Source: Octopus vulgaris (Eukaryota). From it: a DNA stretch of 64,000 nt. This document shows positions 24,645 to 35,742 of this stretch, piece by piece (position 1 is the first letter of the stretch; each line of letters begins with the position of its first letter). Below the pieces are notes generated by a model, which worked only from the letters and a program-made list of their open reading frames with translations, was not told the DNA's origin and made no database searches. Position numbers and translations under genes: made by a program. The stretch covers positions 34,782,001 through 34,846,000 of the forward strand of contig OX597833.1 of assembly GCA_951406725.2 (NCBI GenBank). The letters are read 5' to 3'.

Positions 24645-25544
24645 TATCATCATCATCATCATCGTTTAACGTCCGTTTTCCGCGCTAGCACGGGTTGGAC
24701 GGTTTCGACCGGGGTCTGGGGAGCCAGGGGCTGCCCCAGGCTCCAGTCTGGTCTGGCAGTGTTTCTACAGCTGGATGCCCTTCCTAACGCCAACCACTCC
24801 GCGAGTGTAGTGGGTGCTTTTTACGTGCCACCTGCACAGGTGCCAGAGGGGTCTGGCATCGGCCACGGTCAGTTGGTGCTTTTTATGTGCCACCTGCAGT
24901 GAAGCCAGTCGGGGCGGTGCTGGCATCGGCCACGTTCGGATGGTGCTTTTTATGTGGGGGGGGGGGGGGAGGGTGCAGAAATATAGGGGAGCACCAGTGG
25001 GGAGGGGTGTTCGGAGAAACGATGACAGGTTCTAGACAAGTAGAACGTAGGATATCACGAGAGGGGTAATGCATGGTGAAATAGCGTATTGAAGAGGGGT
25101 GTTCGAAGAGTAGACACCTATAATGGTGGTGGGAGAAGCGACATTCGGTATAGATGGAGCAAAAATATAGAGATATCCGGTATTGGTGGTGGGCAAGGGC
25201 GGGTGCACCGCGAATACGCGAAGGTTGAAAGACGAGAGAGCGAGGACTTGGACGGGCAAAATTAATAAAGGGACAGTGGAGAAATTATCGGCATATAATG
25301 ATGAGAGGAATTAGGGAATACAATGACAACTGCTTAAGCGTATTAGTAATTAGTAAGTAGATAAAATAGATAGATAGATAAAAACATAATCAAGAAATGA
25401 GGCACGTTACTTGACGGGCTGGCTTAAAATGCTCTTAGCAATGGAATGGGGAAGGAAGAGGGGGAGGGCAGACAACGTAAAAGAGGGAGAGAGAGAAAGG
25501 GAATAGTGGAACCCCGCGAAAATCGGCCGCCATTGAAAACCCCT
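24645..25544 (-). mobile_element. Young (GAT)n-tailed retroposon joined to a CpG-rich 5' segment
   Basis: (CAT)n GTTTAACGTCCGTTTTCC end shared with 18867, 21700, 27280; CpG-rich in a CpG-poor intron; ends GCCGCCATTGAAAACCCC next to (TA)n. Confidence 0.6.
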
Positions 25545-26289
25545 ATATATATATATATATATATATGTTGAATGTTATAGAGAACCTAACAGAAACTGAG
25601 CTACACATTTTATTTTACTCTTAAATTCTTTTTCTGCATAAATATATATGTGTGTATGTTTCATGTTAAGTTTTCAAGTGGCTGAATTGATTGGAAGCTG
25701 GTCTACTATTTGACGTTTTTGTTTATATCTCACCATGGTGTTGTACAATATTGATTCAAGATATTTCATTCTAAACCAGCTGTAAATAGGTTCTATGAGG
25801 AAGTACTGTTCAACGCTATATATAGAAATGGTACTTATATAGCTGGCTGGTGATTTGTTAGTTCTTATCACATTGAGTTTAAGTGACCTCGTAGAATTTA
25901 TGTGAACCAGGAAGAGACAACAATGTTTTCCACTCCTAAGTGTTCACTGGTTTATGGAAATGTTGTTACTGCTGCTGTTAAGGGAGCAAGCTGGCAGTAT
26001 TGTTAGCATGCTGGACAAAATGCTAAAATGGCATTTCATCTAACTTTATGTTTGAAGTTCAAATTTTGTTGAAGTCTACTTTGCTCTTTGTCCTTTTGGG
26101 GTTGATAAAATAAGTAGTAGTTGAGCATTGGAATTGATGTAATCAACTAGCTCCTCCCCCAATATATCTCAGGCATTGTGCCTAGTAAAAAGAGTTGTTA
26201 TTATTGTACTCTTGATAGCTGTTTTGGCTTATTGCTGTTGTTGTTGCTAAAGCAACTACTGCAAAGTATACATATTGATTCACTTAGAT

Positions 26290-26594
26290 CAGTGGATCTC
26301 AACCATTTTTTACCGATAGATCCCTCTGATTACTATTTATTCCAGTGGACCCCCATTGTGATTTGATATTTAAAAACTAGTTCTTTTGAAATTCTTATTT
26401 GTTTTTTATACGTTGTATCATGTACGTTGGACTATGTAAGATGTTAGAGAAAGAAACCTAGCTGTTTCTTGCACTAAATACATCTAAAGCAAAATTTTTT
26501 TGTGAACCCTTAAGATACTACCGTGGACTCAATTTGCTATTTTGCTTGTGTGGACCCCCAGAAATATTATATGGACCTTGGTTGAGAACTACTG
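26290..26594. mobile_element. hAT-type MITE
   Basis: TIRs CAGTGGATCTCAACC ... GGTTGAGAACTACTG. Confidence 0.7.
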
Positions 26595-26989
26595 ACGTAA
26601 CCCTATAGTATTCACATTATTCTGTCAAAAGTAATGCTTATTTATTCCAATTTTCTTTAATTAATCATGCATTAGCTTGTAGCTATGAGATTTTGATGAG
26701 ACAACTTAAATTTTTTAGAATGGCATTGTAGAGTAGGTGTGAGAAATTAGATCTGACCAGTTTGGAAGTAAAACAGATAGAATATTTTGACTGGTTATGG
26801 CTGGTTTAAATGCTAAAAGGTTTAACACTAGTGCAGCCTGGCATATAGACTGCAGATATTTTGATTGACTTGTTTGTGCTGACTCTTGATCAGCCCTGCA
26901 CCAGCAGATCTTTATTACTGTAGCAGTAGCTGATGGAATGAAAGTTTGAATATCGTCTTTGTTTTTTTTTTTAATATTTTCTTTAACGT

Positions 26990-27302
26990 TTGGCTCCCTG
27001 TGCCGTGGGATGTAAAAAGCACCACCCGAATGTGGCTGATGCCAGCGCTGCCTTGACTGGCTCTCATGCCGGTGACACGTAAAAGCACAATCCAAACGTG
27101 GTCGATGCCTGTCCTCCTCTGGCTCCTGTGCCAGTGGCACATAAACAGCACCTTCTAAACTCTCAAAGTGGTAGGTGTTACAAAGGGCATCCAGCTGTAG
27201 AAATACTGTCAGATCAGACTGGAGCCTGGTGCAGCCTCCTGGCTTCCCAGACCCCCAGTCGAACCATCCAGCATGGAAAACAGACATTAAACGATGATGA
27301 TT
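26990..27302 (+). mobile_element. (GAT)n-tailed retroposon 3' end
   Basis: Reverse complement of 24645-24955; ends CATTAAACGATGATGA. Confidence 0.75.
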
Positions 27303-27581
27303 ATGTTTAAGACTTAAAACTTGTGGAGTCACCATTTTGAAGACAGTAAGGCATTTGTAGAGGTAGATCTGGTCAAGAATATTGGGAAAGTTGAGAAACC
27401 ATGTAGGAAGTGCTTTGATGTTTATCCAAGATGTCCTCATTTTAACCCTTTCGATACAAACGTCCTTTTTCAAAAAATCTTTGAGTTTCATGTTAATTTT
27501 AACAGAAATATGACAACAAAAAGGTTAAAGACAACAGGAAGGAATTGACTTTACTGTATACATCAATATTTTGATGTTTAA

Positions 27582-27801
27582 CCCTTTCGTTACTGTATTT
27601 ATTTTCAGATGCTTTGTGTTCCTTTCAATTACTTTAAATATAACAAAGAATTTAGTAAAATAACTTAGTTATCAATCAGCTAGTGTTAGGAACATAAATT
27701 GTGACTAAGGTTTGGTGGAAGATTTTAATTCAAAACTTATGAAAACAAGACATTTGTACTCAGTGCCAGAGCCGGTTTCAGCCAGGTTGGTAACGAAAGG
27801 G
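27582..27801. mobile_element. piggyBac-type MITE, 220 bp
   Basis: TTAA|CCCTTTCGTTAC ... GTAACGAAAGGG|TTAA: 12-bp TIR and TTAA duplication. A shorter relative lies at about 27442-27528. Confidence 0.8.
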
Positions 27802-28061
27802 TTAAATCCAGGTTACTCTGACTGGGTTGCCCTAAGATTAAAGACATTCCTGCTGTGATTGTCTCATCTGTTTTCTATTTTTCAGCTTGGTATAGTTTAG
27901 AAGGTAGATTTTGCCACTATTTTTAGTAGGTCAAGTAAAACATATAGAGCAGTGGTTCTCAACCATTTTTTACCTATAGACCCCTTTAATTCCTATTTCA
28001 TTCAGGTGGATCCTCTGAACCATTCAGTGTTTAAAAAAATTTCTATCATATTTTTATAGTT

Positions 28062-29893
28062 TCATTTCATTTCATTTGAGTTTGAGTCCATGCTCAGGCC
28101 AAGTCGAAGACTCCACCCTCAGAGTCTGGTGTGGTTGCCAGGTTGTATTCTCTGTTTAATTTTGACATGTGTAGGAGCGAGTTTGAGTCAGTTTGTGCTC
28201 GTTGTGTATATCCTGGGAGATGGGGTTCATCTCTAATGGTGCTTAAGTATCTATCCAGCTGCAATTTGAATGATTCCACACTGCATCCTGATAGATTTCT
28301 GACATGTACCGGAATGGAGTTGAATAGTTGTGCTCCTCGAACCAACAGACTTGACTCTCGCAGGGTTTTTGCTGCCTGGCCAGCCTTTTGTTGATTGGTG
28401 GTAGCTGGCAGCGTCTTCCGTGGCGCAGTGAGTGGTAGGTTTTGATACCAAAGTTTGGCACCTTTTGCTCTATCATTTTCCAAATGTATATAATTCGGTA
28501 TCGCTCAAATCTTCTTTCTATTGAGTACATCTTCAAGGTTTTGAGTCTTTGCCAATAGTCCAGGTCCCTCGTTTCTGAGAAGTATGAGGTAAAATTTCTT
28601 TGGAGCGATTCCATCTTAGATAGTTGGCCCTTTGTTGTTGGTGACCACAACTGAGAACAGTAGTCAATCCTCGGAAGTATCATACTGTTCCAGAGGGTTT
28701 TCATTGTTGAGGTATCTCTTGATTTGAAGGTGCGCAAGATCCACCCGCTGTACTTTCTTGCAGTCAAGGTGTTCTCTGAATTTTAGGCTGGTTCCCATGT
28801 GGATGCCTAAATCTTTCACATACTGTTTTTCCATTATTTGTTGTCCTGATGGGTTTCTGTAGTTTGTTGTATTTTTTAGATCTTGATCTGTTCCGTAGCG
28901 AATTAGTTCAAACTTCTTATCATTGAACAACATGTTGTTTGTTTCCTGCCATTTATATATGGTGGTCAGGTCCTTTTGTAAGGCCTCTGTATCCACCTCG
29001 TCTTTGATTTGTCTTATGACCCTGGTGTCATCAGCAAAGGATGAGACGTTGCTGGTTGTATCTTCATCTATGTCAGAGATGAGGATGAGAAACAGGATTG
29101 GGCCGAGTACTGTACCCTGAGGAACACTGCTGGTCACAGGTGATGGCGTTGAATGGGTTCCATTCACAGTGACTGTTTGAGTTCTATTTGTAAGGAACTC
29201 ATGTATCCATGTACTAACTTTTCCTCCTACTGCTAGCTTTCGAAGTTTGTGACCCAGGATGCCATGATTTACATTGTCAAATGCCTTGGCAAAGTCGAGG
29301 TAAATAACATCTGTGTTGTATCCATTCTCTAGATTTTCTAGGATTTGGTCATGGTGTGCCAGTAATAATAATAATAATAATAATAATAATTGTGTACAGT
29401 GCTCAGGTGCACTACAACTCATCTAAAGTGTATATATAATCAGGTGTAGTTTCGGCGGATTTCGGAAAGCATGAGGGCCTTAAAAGATGCAGTGTCATGG
29501 CAGTCAACAACTGACGCAGGCAGTTTATTCCACGCTTCAGCAACCCTGAGCGTGAAAAAATGTTTCCGAAAGTCATGGGAGCTGTGCTGTTTTCTGACTT
29601 TGTAGGCATGACATGATCTACCTAACCTGAATCCATGCTGGTTGCAATTCATCAGATTGTTGGATTCCTGGAACTCAACCAGTTTTCCACGAACTATTCT
29701 TTCGAAGACCTTGATAATGTGTGATGTCAGTGAGATTGGTCGGTAGTTCTTTGGTTTTGATTTGCTGTCCCCTTTATGTATCGGAGTTATGTGTGCTTCT
29801 TTATATGTATTTGGTATTTTGCCATTCTCCATAGATTCCCTCCATATCATGTAAAGGGGTTTCAACAATTGTACTTTGCAGTTTTTAAGTATC
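28062..29893 (-). mobile_element. 5'-truncated Jockey-group (CR1/L2-like) LINE, frameshifted RT, (GAAAT)n tail, inserted in a hAT MITE starting at 27950
   Basis: NYRPISLTS, QHGFR, YLDFAKAFD, VPQGTVLGP, FADD, DYCSQLWSP, DEPHLPGY across ORFs 29895 to 28094; ATAGTT at 28056-28061 and 29894-29899 is a possible target duplication. Confidence 0.9.
29363..29610 (-). mobile_element. 248-bp 5'-truncated copy of the LINE at 1-2563, nested in the second LINE
   Basis: Near-identical to 2326-2563 (I count three substitutions), with (ATT)n tail. Confidence 0.95.
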
Positions 29894-29961
29894 ATAGTTA
29901 AATATTATTAGGAATTGCATAAAAATTTTTTAATATTTTGTGTATTGTCAAAGTATACCTT

Positions 29962-30530
29962 TTATCTTTTACTTGTTTGTCATTTGACTGTGGCCATGCT
30001 GGGGCACCACCTTGAAGGGTTTTAGTCAAAAGATCCCAGGGCTTATTTTTTTAAACTGAGCTGTTATTCTGTCTGTCTCTTTTGCCAAACTGCTAAGTCA
30101 CAGAGATGTAAACACACTAACACCTGTTGTCAAGTGATGGTGAGGAACAAACACAGACACACGCACAGATGACAGGCTTCTTCCAGTTTCTGTCTACCAA
30201 ATCCACTCACAAAGCTTTGGTCAGCCTGGGGCTATAGTAGAAGACACTTGTCCAAGGTGCACATTGTGGGACTGAACCTGGAGTTGTGTGGTTGGGAAGC
30301 AAACTTATTACCACACAGCTATGCCTGTACCTAACTAATTTATTCTTTTATTCTTATCAGTCATTTGACTGCGGCCATGCTGGAGCACCGCCTTTAATTG
30401 TAAACCTAGTACTTATTCTATTGGCCTCTTTTGCTGAGCCGCTAAGTTATAGGTATACAAACACACCAGCATCGTTTGTCAAGCAATGTTGGAGACAAAC
30501 ACAGACATACAAATATATACACACACATAC

Positions 30531-30584
<54 letters not shown>

Positions 30585-30740
30585 GCTTCTTTCAGTTTCC
30601 ATCTACCAAATCTGCTCACAAGGCTTTGGTCAGCCTGAGGCTATAGTAAAAGACACTTGCCCAAAGTGCCACACAGTGGGACTGAACCTGGAACTGTATG
30701 GTTGGTAAGCAAGCTACTTACCACACAGCCATTCCTGCTC
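29962..30740 (-). mobile_element. Two tandem SINE family A copies
   Basis: Two reverse-complement copies, about 29962-30328 and 30345-30740. Confidence 0.8.
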
Positions 30741-31359
30741 ATAAATTTTTTAACAAAGTGATTATTATATGGACTCTTATGATCATTTCATCCTTTTTCT
30801 ATTTTTCATATAGTTTAGAAGGTAGACTGTGCTACTATTTCTAGTACATTGCGTGACCATATAGAGACTTTCTTGTTAGTTGTAGATGTGAAGTGGGTTA
30901 TTTTGATGAGGTGTAATGTTGGAATGAAGCAAATTCCAAACTGAACTAAAATTTTGCACCACCGTTGCTATGGTTACCATATCATTTAATTTGTGTTACT
31001 CTTGTTATACCAGCCTGTCTTATTTGTATATTTTTTTAGGTTGAATATTTCTGTATAAATTGAAGTATTATAGCTCTGTCCCTTCTCTACTCTTCTAACC
31101 AGTTAACAAAGTGGTACATAGTCTCAGTCTAACTGACTGTGGCAAACTAATTTATGTGTATACAGACATATCCTAATAGCTTAGCATTTTACTTAAAACC
31201 TCTTATGCTACTAATAATGCAGTGACTGTAAGGGCCATACTTAGACATATTACCACACACACATACACACAGAGAATTGTATACACAACAATAAAATATA
31301 TAAATATATTTTTAAATGTGATGATGTTGAAGCTTGTCTATTTGATATCTTTACAATAA

Positions 31360-32030
31360 TAATAATAATAATAATTTCTCCTATAGACACAAGGCCAGAA
31401 ATTTTTCGGGTGGGGCTAGCTGATTACATCAACCCCAGTATGCAACTGGTACTTATTTCATGAACTCCAAAAGGATAAAAGGCAAAGTCAACTTCAGTAG
31501 AATCTGAACTTGCAATGTGAAGATGGACGAAATGCCACTGAGCATTTTTTCTGTAGTGCTAATGATTCTGCCAGCTTGCTACCTAAATAATAATAATAAC
31601 AACGACAATTTTGGTTCTTTATGTTCTGAGTTCAAATCCTGCCCCAAAACCAACTTTCTTTTTTATTCTCCCATCCCATCTCCAAGATTGATTCATCCTT
31701 TCAGAGTCAGTAACATAAGTACCAGTTGTGCACTGGTGTTGATGCATTTGAATATCTCCCTCTAACATTTCAAACCTTGTGCCTATAGTAGAAAGGATTA
31801 TTATTATTATTATTAAGGTGGGGACATTAGCATGACAGGCGAAATACTTAGCAGCATTTTGTCTGTCTTTACATTTTGAGTTCAAATTCTGCCTTTCATC
31901 CTTTCGGGGTTGATAAAAACAAAAAAAAAAATGTACCAGTTGAGAACTGAAGTTGATGTAAATGAGTTACTCCCTTCCCTGAACTTACTGGCCTTGAGCC
32001 AAAAATTTGAAACTATTATTATTATTATTA
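31360..32030. mobile_element. SINE family C cluster, one minus copy followed by two plus copies
   Basis: Minus copy about 31375-31585, plus copies about 31600-31810 and 31815-32030, (ATT)n tails. Confidence 0.7.
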
Positions 32031-32049
32031 TACAAAAACTAAGAGAGTA

Positions 32050-32380
32050 AAGACCTTTTTGGTCATGAATGACCATGGGATTGCACTTAGAAAGTTACCC
32101 TCTGAGGTACAAGTCCAAGCAAGATTGTTTATGAAGACCAGCAGTTGCCCATGCATATCAGCCTCCCCTCTTCATGGCACTGATGTTGTTCAAGGGAAAA
32201 GCAAAGGGTCAATACAGCTTGGCACCAGTGACATCGCAACTCATTTCTATAGCTGAGTGAACTGGGGCAATGTGAAATGAAGTGTCTCATTCAAAAACAC
32301 AACACACAGCCCCATCTAGGAATTGAACTCACTACCTCATAATTGGAAGCTCAATGCTTTAACCTCTGAGCAATGCACCA
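32050..32380 (-). mobile_element. SINE family B
   Basis: Reverse complement of 20788-21120. Confidence 0.8.
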
Positions 32381-32429
32381 TCTTTTCTACAAAAACTATG
32401 ACATGCTAATTTAATTATCAGGGATATTA

Positions 32430-32900
32430 ACCCGTAATTTGGTGACAATAAATCTCCTCAAGTTTCAAGAATCTTTTTAAGGATTCTTGTAGAATACAGG
32501 ATGGCATTTTTTTGCAGGGAACAGTATGTGTCTTAATTCCAATATCTTTGAGCTGCTTACTGGCAATTTGGAGGTTGTGCCAAGTGGACCACTTACCACA
32601 GGAACAATTTTCACCTTTGTGCTTCACTTTTCTGGCTAGGTCCTAATATTTCTCAATTTTCTTGGTATCTATGTATTACAAAGTCAATGATCTTACACTC
32701 CTTTTTTTCTTTTCTGCCCACTGCACTTACATCTAGTCGCCTTACATCAATAGGATTGAAGGGAAAGTCTCTATGAAGAAATCCTGTAAAATCCTGAATT
32801 TATCATTTGCCATAACAGCTTCTTGCTTGTGTTCATATCACTTGTCTCTCACTTTGAATCCACAAACTTGGTATTCAGAAAGTGACGACAAGATTATTAT
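32430..32900 (-). mobile_element. R4/Dong-like (RLE-encoding) non-LTR remnant
   Basis: Minus-strand KVKIVPVVSGPLGT and RILQDF...IDVRRLDV resemble the VPVVIGALG and RPDIV motifs of RLE domains. Confidence 0.5.
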
Positions 32901-33019
32901 GGAAATGTTACCATCAGATTGAGCCTGGTAAAATAAGATAGAGAAAATGATTGCATAAAATATGGATAAAGAAAGATATGTTCTCGTCACAGAACTAACT
33001 TCTAGATCAGAAAAATTAT

Positions 33020-33474
33020 TATTATTATTAAAGGTAGTGAGCTGGCAGACTATGCTGAACAAAATGCTTTGCGGTATTTCGCACATCATTACATTCTTGG
33101 TTTAAATTCTGCTGAGGTCAACTTTGCCTTTCATCCTTTTGGGGTTGATAAAATAAGTACCAGTTGATGTAATTGGCTCATCCCCTCCCCCAAAATTACT
33201 GCCTTTGTGGCAAAATTTGAAATCACCATCATTATTATTATTATCAAGGTGGCAGTGAGCTGGCAGAATCATTAGCCTGCTGTGATAAATGCTTAGCAGT
33301 ATTTTGCCTATTGCTTTGTTCTGAGTTCAAATTCTGCTGAGGTTGACTTTGCCTTTCATCTTTTCAGGGTTGATAAATTAAATGCCAGTGAAACACTGGG
33401 GTTGATGTAATTGACTAGCCCCGCTTCCCTCTAAATTTCAGGCCTTGTGCCTTTAGTAGAGAGGATTACTATTA

Positions 33475-33520
<46 letters not shown>

Positions 33521-33920
33521 GGCAGCAAGCTGACAAAATCGTTAGCATGCCAGGCCAAATGCTTGACTGCGTTTTGTTCATCTTTACATTCTGAGTTCAA
33601 ATTATACTGAGGTTGACTTTGCCCTCTGTCCTTTCGGGGGTCGATAAAATAAGTATCAGTGAAACACTGGGGTTGATTTAGTTGACTTGTCTCCTCCTCC
33701 CTTGCTTAGCAATATTTCTTTCAGCTCTTAACATTCCGAGTTCAAATTCCTTCTGGGTTGACTCTGTCTTTAATCCGTTTAGAATCAATAAAATAAGTTC
33801 CAGTCAAGTACTGGGGCCAATGCAATTGACTTCTCCCCTCCCATCAAAATTGCTGGCCTTGTGCCTATAGTAGAAAGGATTATTATTATTATTATTATTA
33901 TTGCTATTATTATTATTATT
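33020..33920 (+). mobile_element. Tandem array of four SINE family C copies with (ATT)n tails, abutting TMEM170 exon 2
   Basis: Repeated GAGCTGGCAGA...TTCTGAGTTCAAATTC...GCCTTGTGCC units. Confidence 0.8.
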
Positions 33921-33954
33921 GCTTTATCCTGATATTTACCTGCTATCATTTCAG

Positions 33955-34125
33955 AAATGTGGTATCAAATATTTTTGTGGGCCCTATTCTCATCAGTCTT
34001 TGTTCACCTAATAGCTGCCGTCATCGCATTTAGTCGACTCAGGAAACACAAGCTTGGTCGATGGATTCCCATGCTGATTATCATTATGGGGGTGTTATCT
34101 CCCTTGACTGGCGGCATTCTCTCTA
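33955..34125 (+). CDS. TMEM170: TMEM170 coding exon 2
   Basis: TTTCAG|AA ATG TGG: MWYQIFLWALFSSVFVHLIAAVIAFSRLRKHKLGRW...PLTGGILS, family signature; donor A|GTAAGT, phase 1. Confidence 0.95.
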
Positions 34126-34790
34126 GTAAGTACCAGTTTTCTCATTTTCATCCCTCTTCTTCATTTCTTCCTTACTCTTCCATTATTTATTTTTTGCATC
34201 TTTCCCATCATTCAATTTCTTTTGGTTTTCAGTCATTCCTTCTTTTACCTTTATTTTTCTGTTTCCTTCTCTCTCCAGTCTTTTTGGTCCCTTTACATCA
34301 TATTTCTCACAATATTTCCTTTTCTTTCTTCTTACTTTTCCTCTTCCATTTATGTCTTCTTCTCATCTCCCTTCACCGAGTATACATGTTACTGTTTCTG
34401 AAGGATCTGCTCTAATCAAGATGTATATTAAAAAGCTTTCCAGTCATGACCATTCTATCTTTTCAGACAGTAAGGTGTGATATGAAGGATATTTTCTTGC
34501 TACTTTTTACATATTGCAGCCTCTATCATTTCCTGTTGAGTGAAGATGTTGATAAAGTATGTGTTTACATGTATGTATGGCTCTGTATGTTTGTTAGCTA
34601 TTCACAGTGGCTTTCTGCTGCTGGCACCACCAAAAGTGAACAATATCAATGTTAAAGGCTCAAAATTGTAAGGATCTTTTGGAAGTTGACTGATGAGGAA
34701 TTAGCTATGAATTTTGTGTTGTGTTTTTGTAAAATTTTCCATTTCTTGTGTTTCTGTGAAATTTTTTATATATATACATATATATATATA

Positions 34791-35146
34791 AGGAAGTTAA
34801 ATGTTATGGCTGGTCATAAAGTGCCCATTGATTTTGCACCTATAAAGTGCTTAGCAGTATAGGTGCATAAGCTCACCTCTCTCCAACATTACAGTCAGTC
34901 AGTTTTGTAAGAAATACATCACAATCAGTTAGTTTTGTAAACAAAAAATATTTGTCCATGCTACAGACAGGACAGACAAATATTTTTTGTTTACAAAACT
35001 AACTGACCGTGATGTATTTCTTCTTTCAGTTGTACAGAGGTTATGCACCTTTAGTCATTTGAGTCTGATGAGTCACCTTTACTGTTAAGTGCTTTATAGG
35101 TCTGAAACCAAAGGTGACTCTGACTGACCATAACATTTACCTTCCT
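34791..35146. repeat. Long fold-back element inside (TA)n in TMEM170 intron 2
   Basis: Outer arms AGGAAGTTAAATGTTATGG / CCATAACATTTACCTTCCT; inner arms of about 48 bp AAGAAATACATCAC...AAATATTTGTC / GACAAATATTT...GTGATGTATTTCTT. Confidence 0.85.
35061..35120 (+). ncRNA. Degenerate minimal type-I hammerhead ribozyme motif
   Basis: GAGT-CTGATGA-stem II (ACCTTTA/TATAGGT)-GAAA-CC AAA GG-TG-ACTC. Cleavage position is G instead of H and the base of stem II is damaged, so probably inactive. Confidence 0.6.
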
Positions 35147-35294
35147 AAAAATTATATTACTGCTCTATTGCTTTAGAGTGTGCTTCTTTTTCCTATATAG
35201 GAACTACTGATGATATATATATATATATATATATATCTATGTATATTTATTTGCATAATGTAAATGTGACTTTCTCTACTTTTGTACATTGCAG

Positions 35295-35425
35295 GTGCTG
35301 CAATTGCAGGTGTGTATCGTGCAGCGAATTTTGAAATGCGTCCCCTTTATGCTCTCTTCTTTGGTGTTGTGCAGACTGTTGGTGTGATTCTGATTTCATT
35401 GACACGATTCCTCAGCACCTTATGA
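35295..35425 (+). CDS. TMEM170: TMEM170 coding exon 3
   Basis: TTGCAG|GT then AAIAGVYRAANFEMRPLYALFFGVVQTVGVILISLTRFLSTL*, matching the TMEM170 C-terminus; missed by the ORF track. Spliced CDS is 435 nt. Confidence 0.95.
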
Positions 35426-35553
35426 TACATGTGGCCATCACCTCTTCAACATATACTTTCTGGGAACACTTTAATGAACGGGTGCTGTTTTTCTCCCCCT
35501 CATCATCATCATTATTTAACATCATTATTGTTATGACTACTATCAGAGTAGCA

Positions 35554-35742
35554 GACTTGGTGCAGACCACAGCATCTAATTCAATACCTCACAGATGGTC
35601 TTGGTGCAGACCATGGCATCTAGTTCAACATCACACATTGCCCACCTGGACTTGGTGCATACCAAATCATCTTGTTCAATGCATTAGGTCTCCCAGGTGG
35701 ACTTATTACAGACTGCAGCAGCTTCTTCAATGTCTCACATCT
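35554..35742 (+). repeat. Degenerate tandem repeat, four units of about 44-51 bp, in the TMEM170 3' UTR
   Basis: Unit core GACTTGGTGCAGACCA...CATCT.GTTCAA repeated four times. Confidence 0.75.

Noticed and set aside
26715-27491. 258-aa minus-strand ORF
   Set aside because: Chance frame across a retroposon tail and MITE pieces; no protein motif.
33020-33920. Regularly spaced repeats resembling a CRISPR array
   Set aside because: Units are about 220-bp diverged SINEs in eukaryotic DNA, with no unique spacers or cas genes.
34126-34415. Hydrophobic C-terminal extension of ORF 33957-34415
   Set aside because: Read-through into pyrimidine-rich intron after the GTAAGT donor; the true C-terminus is in exon 3.
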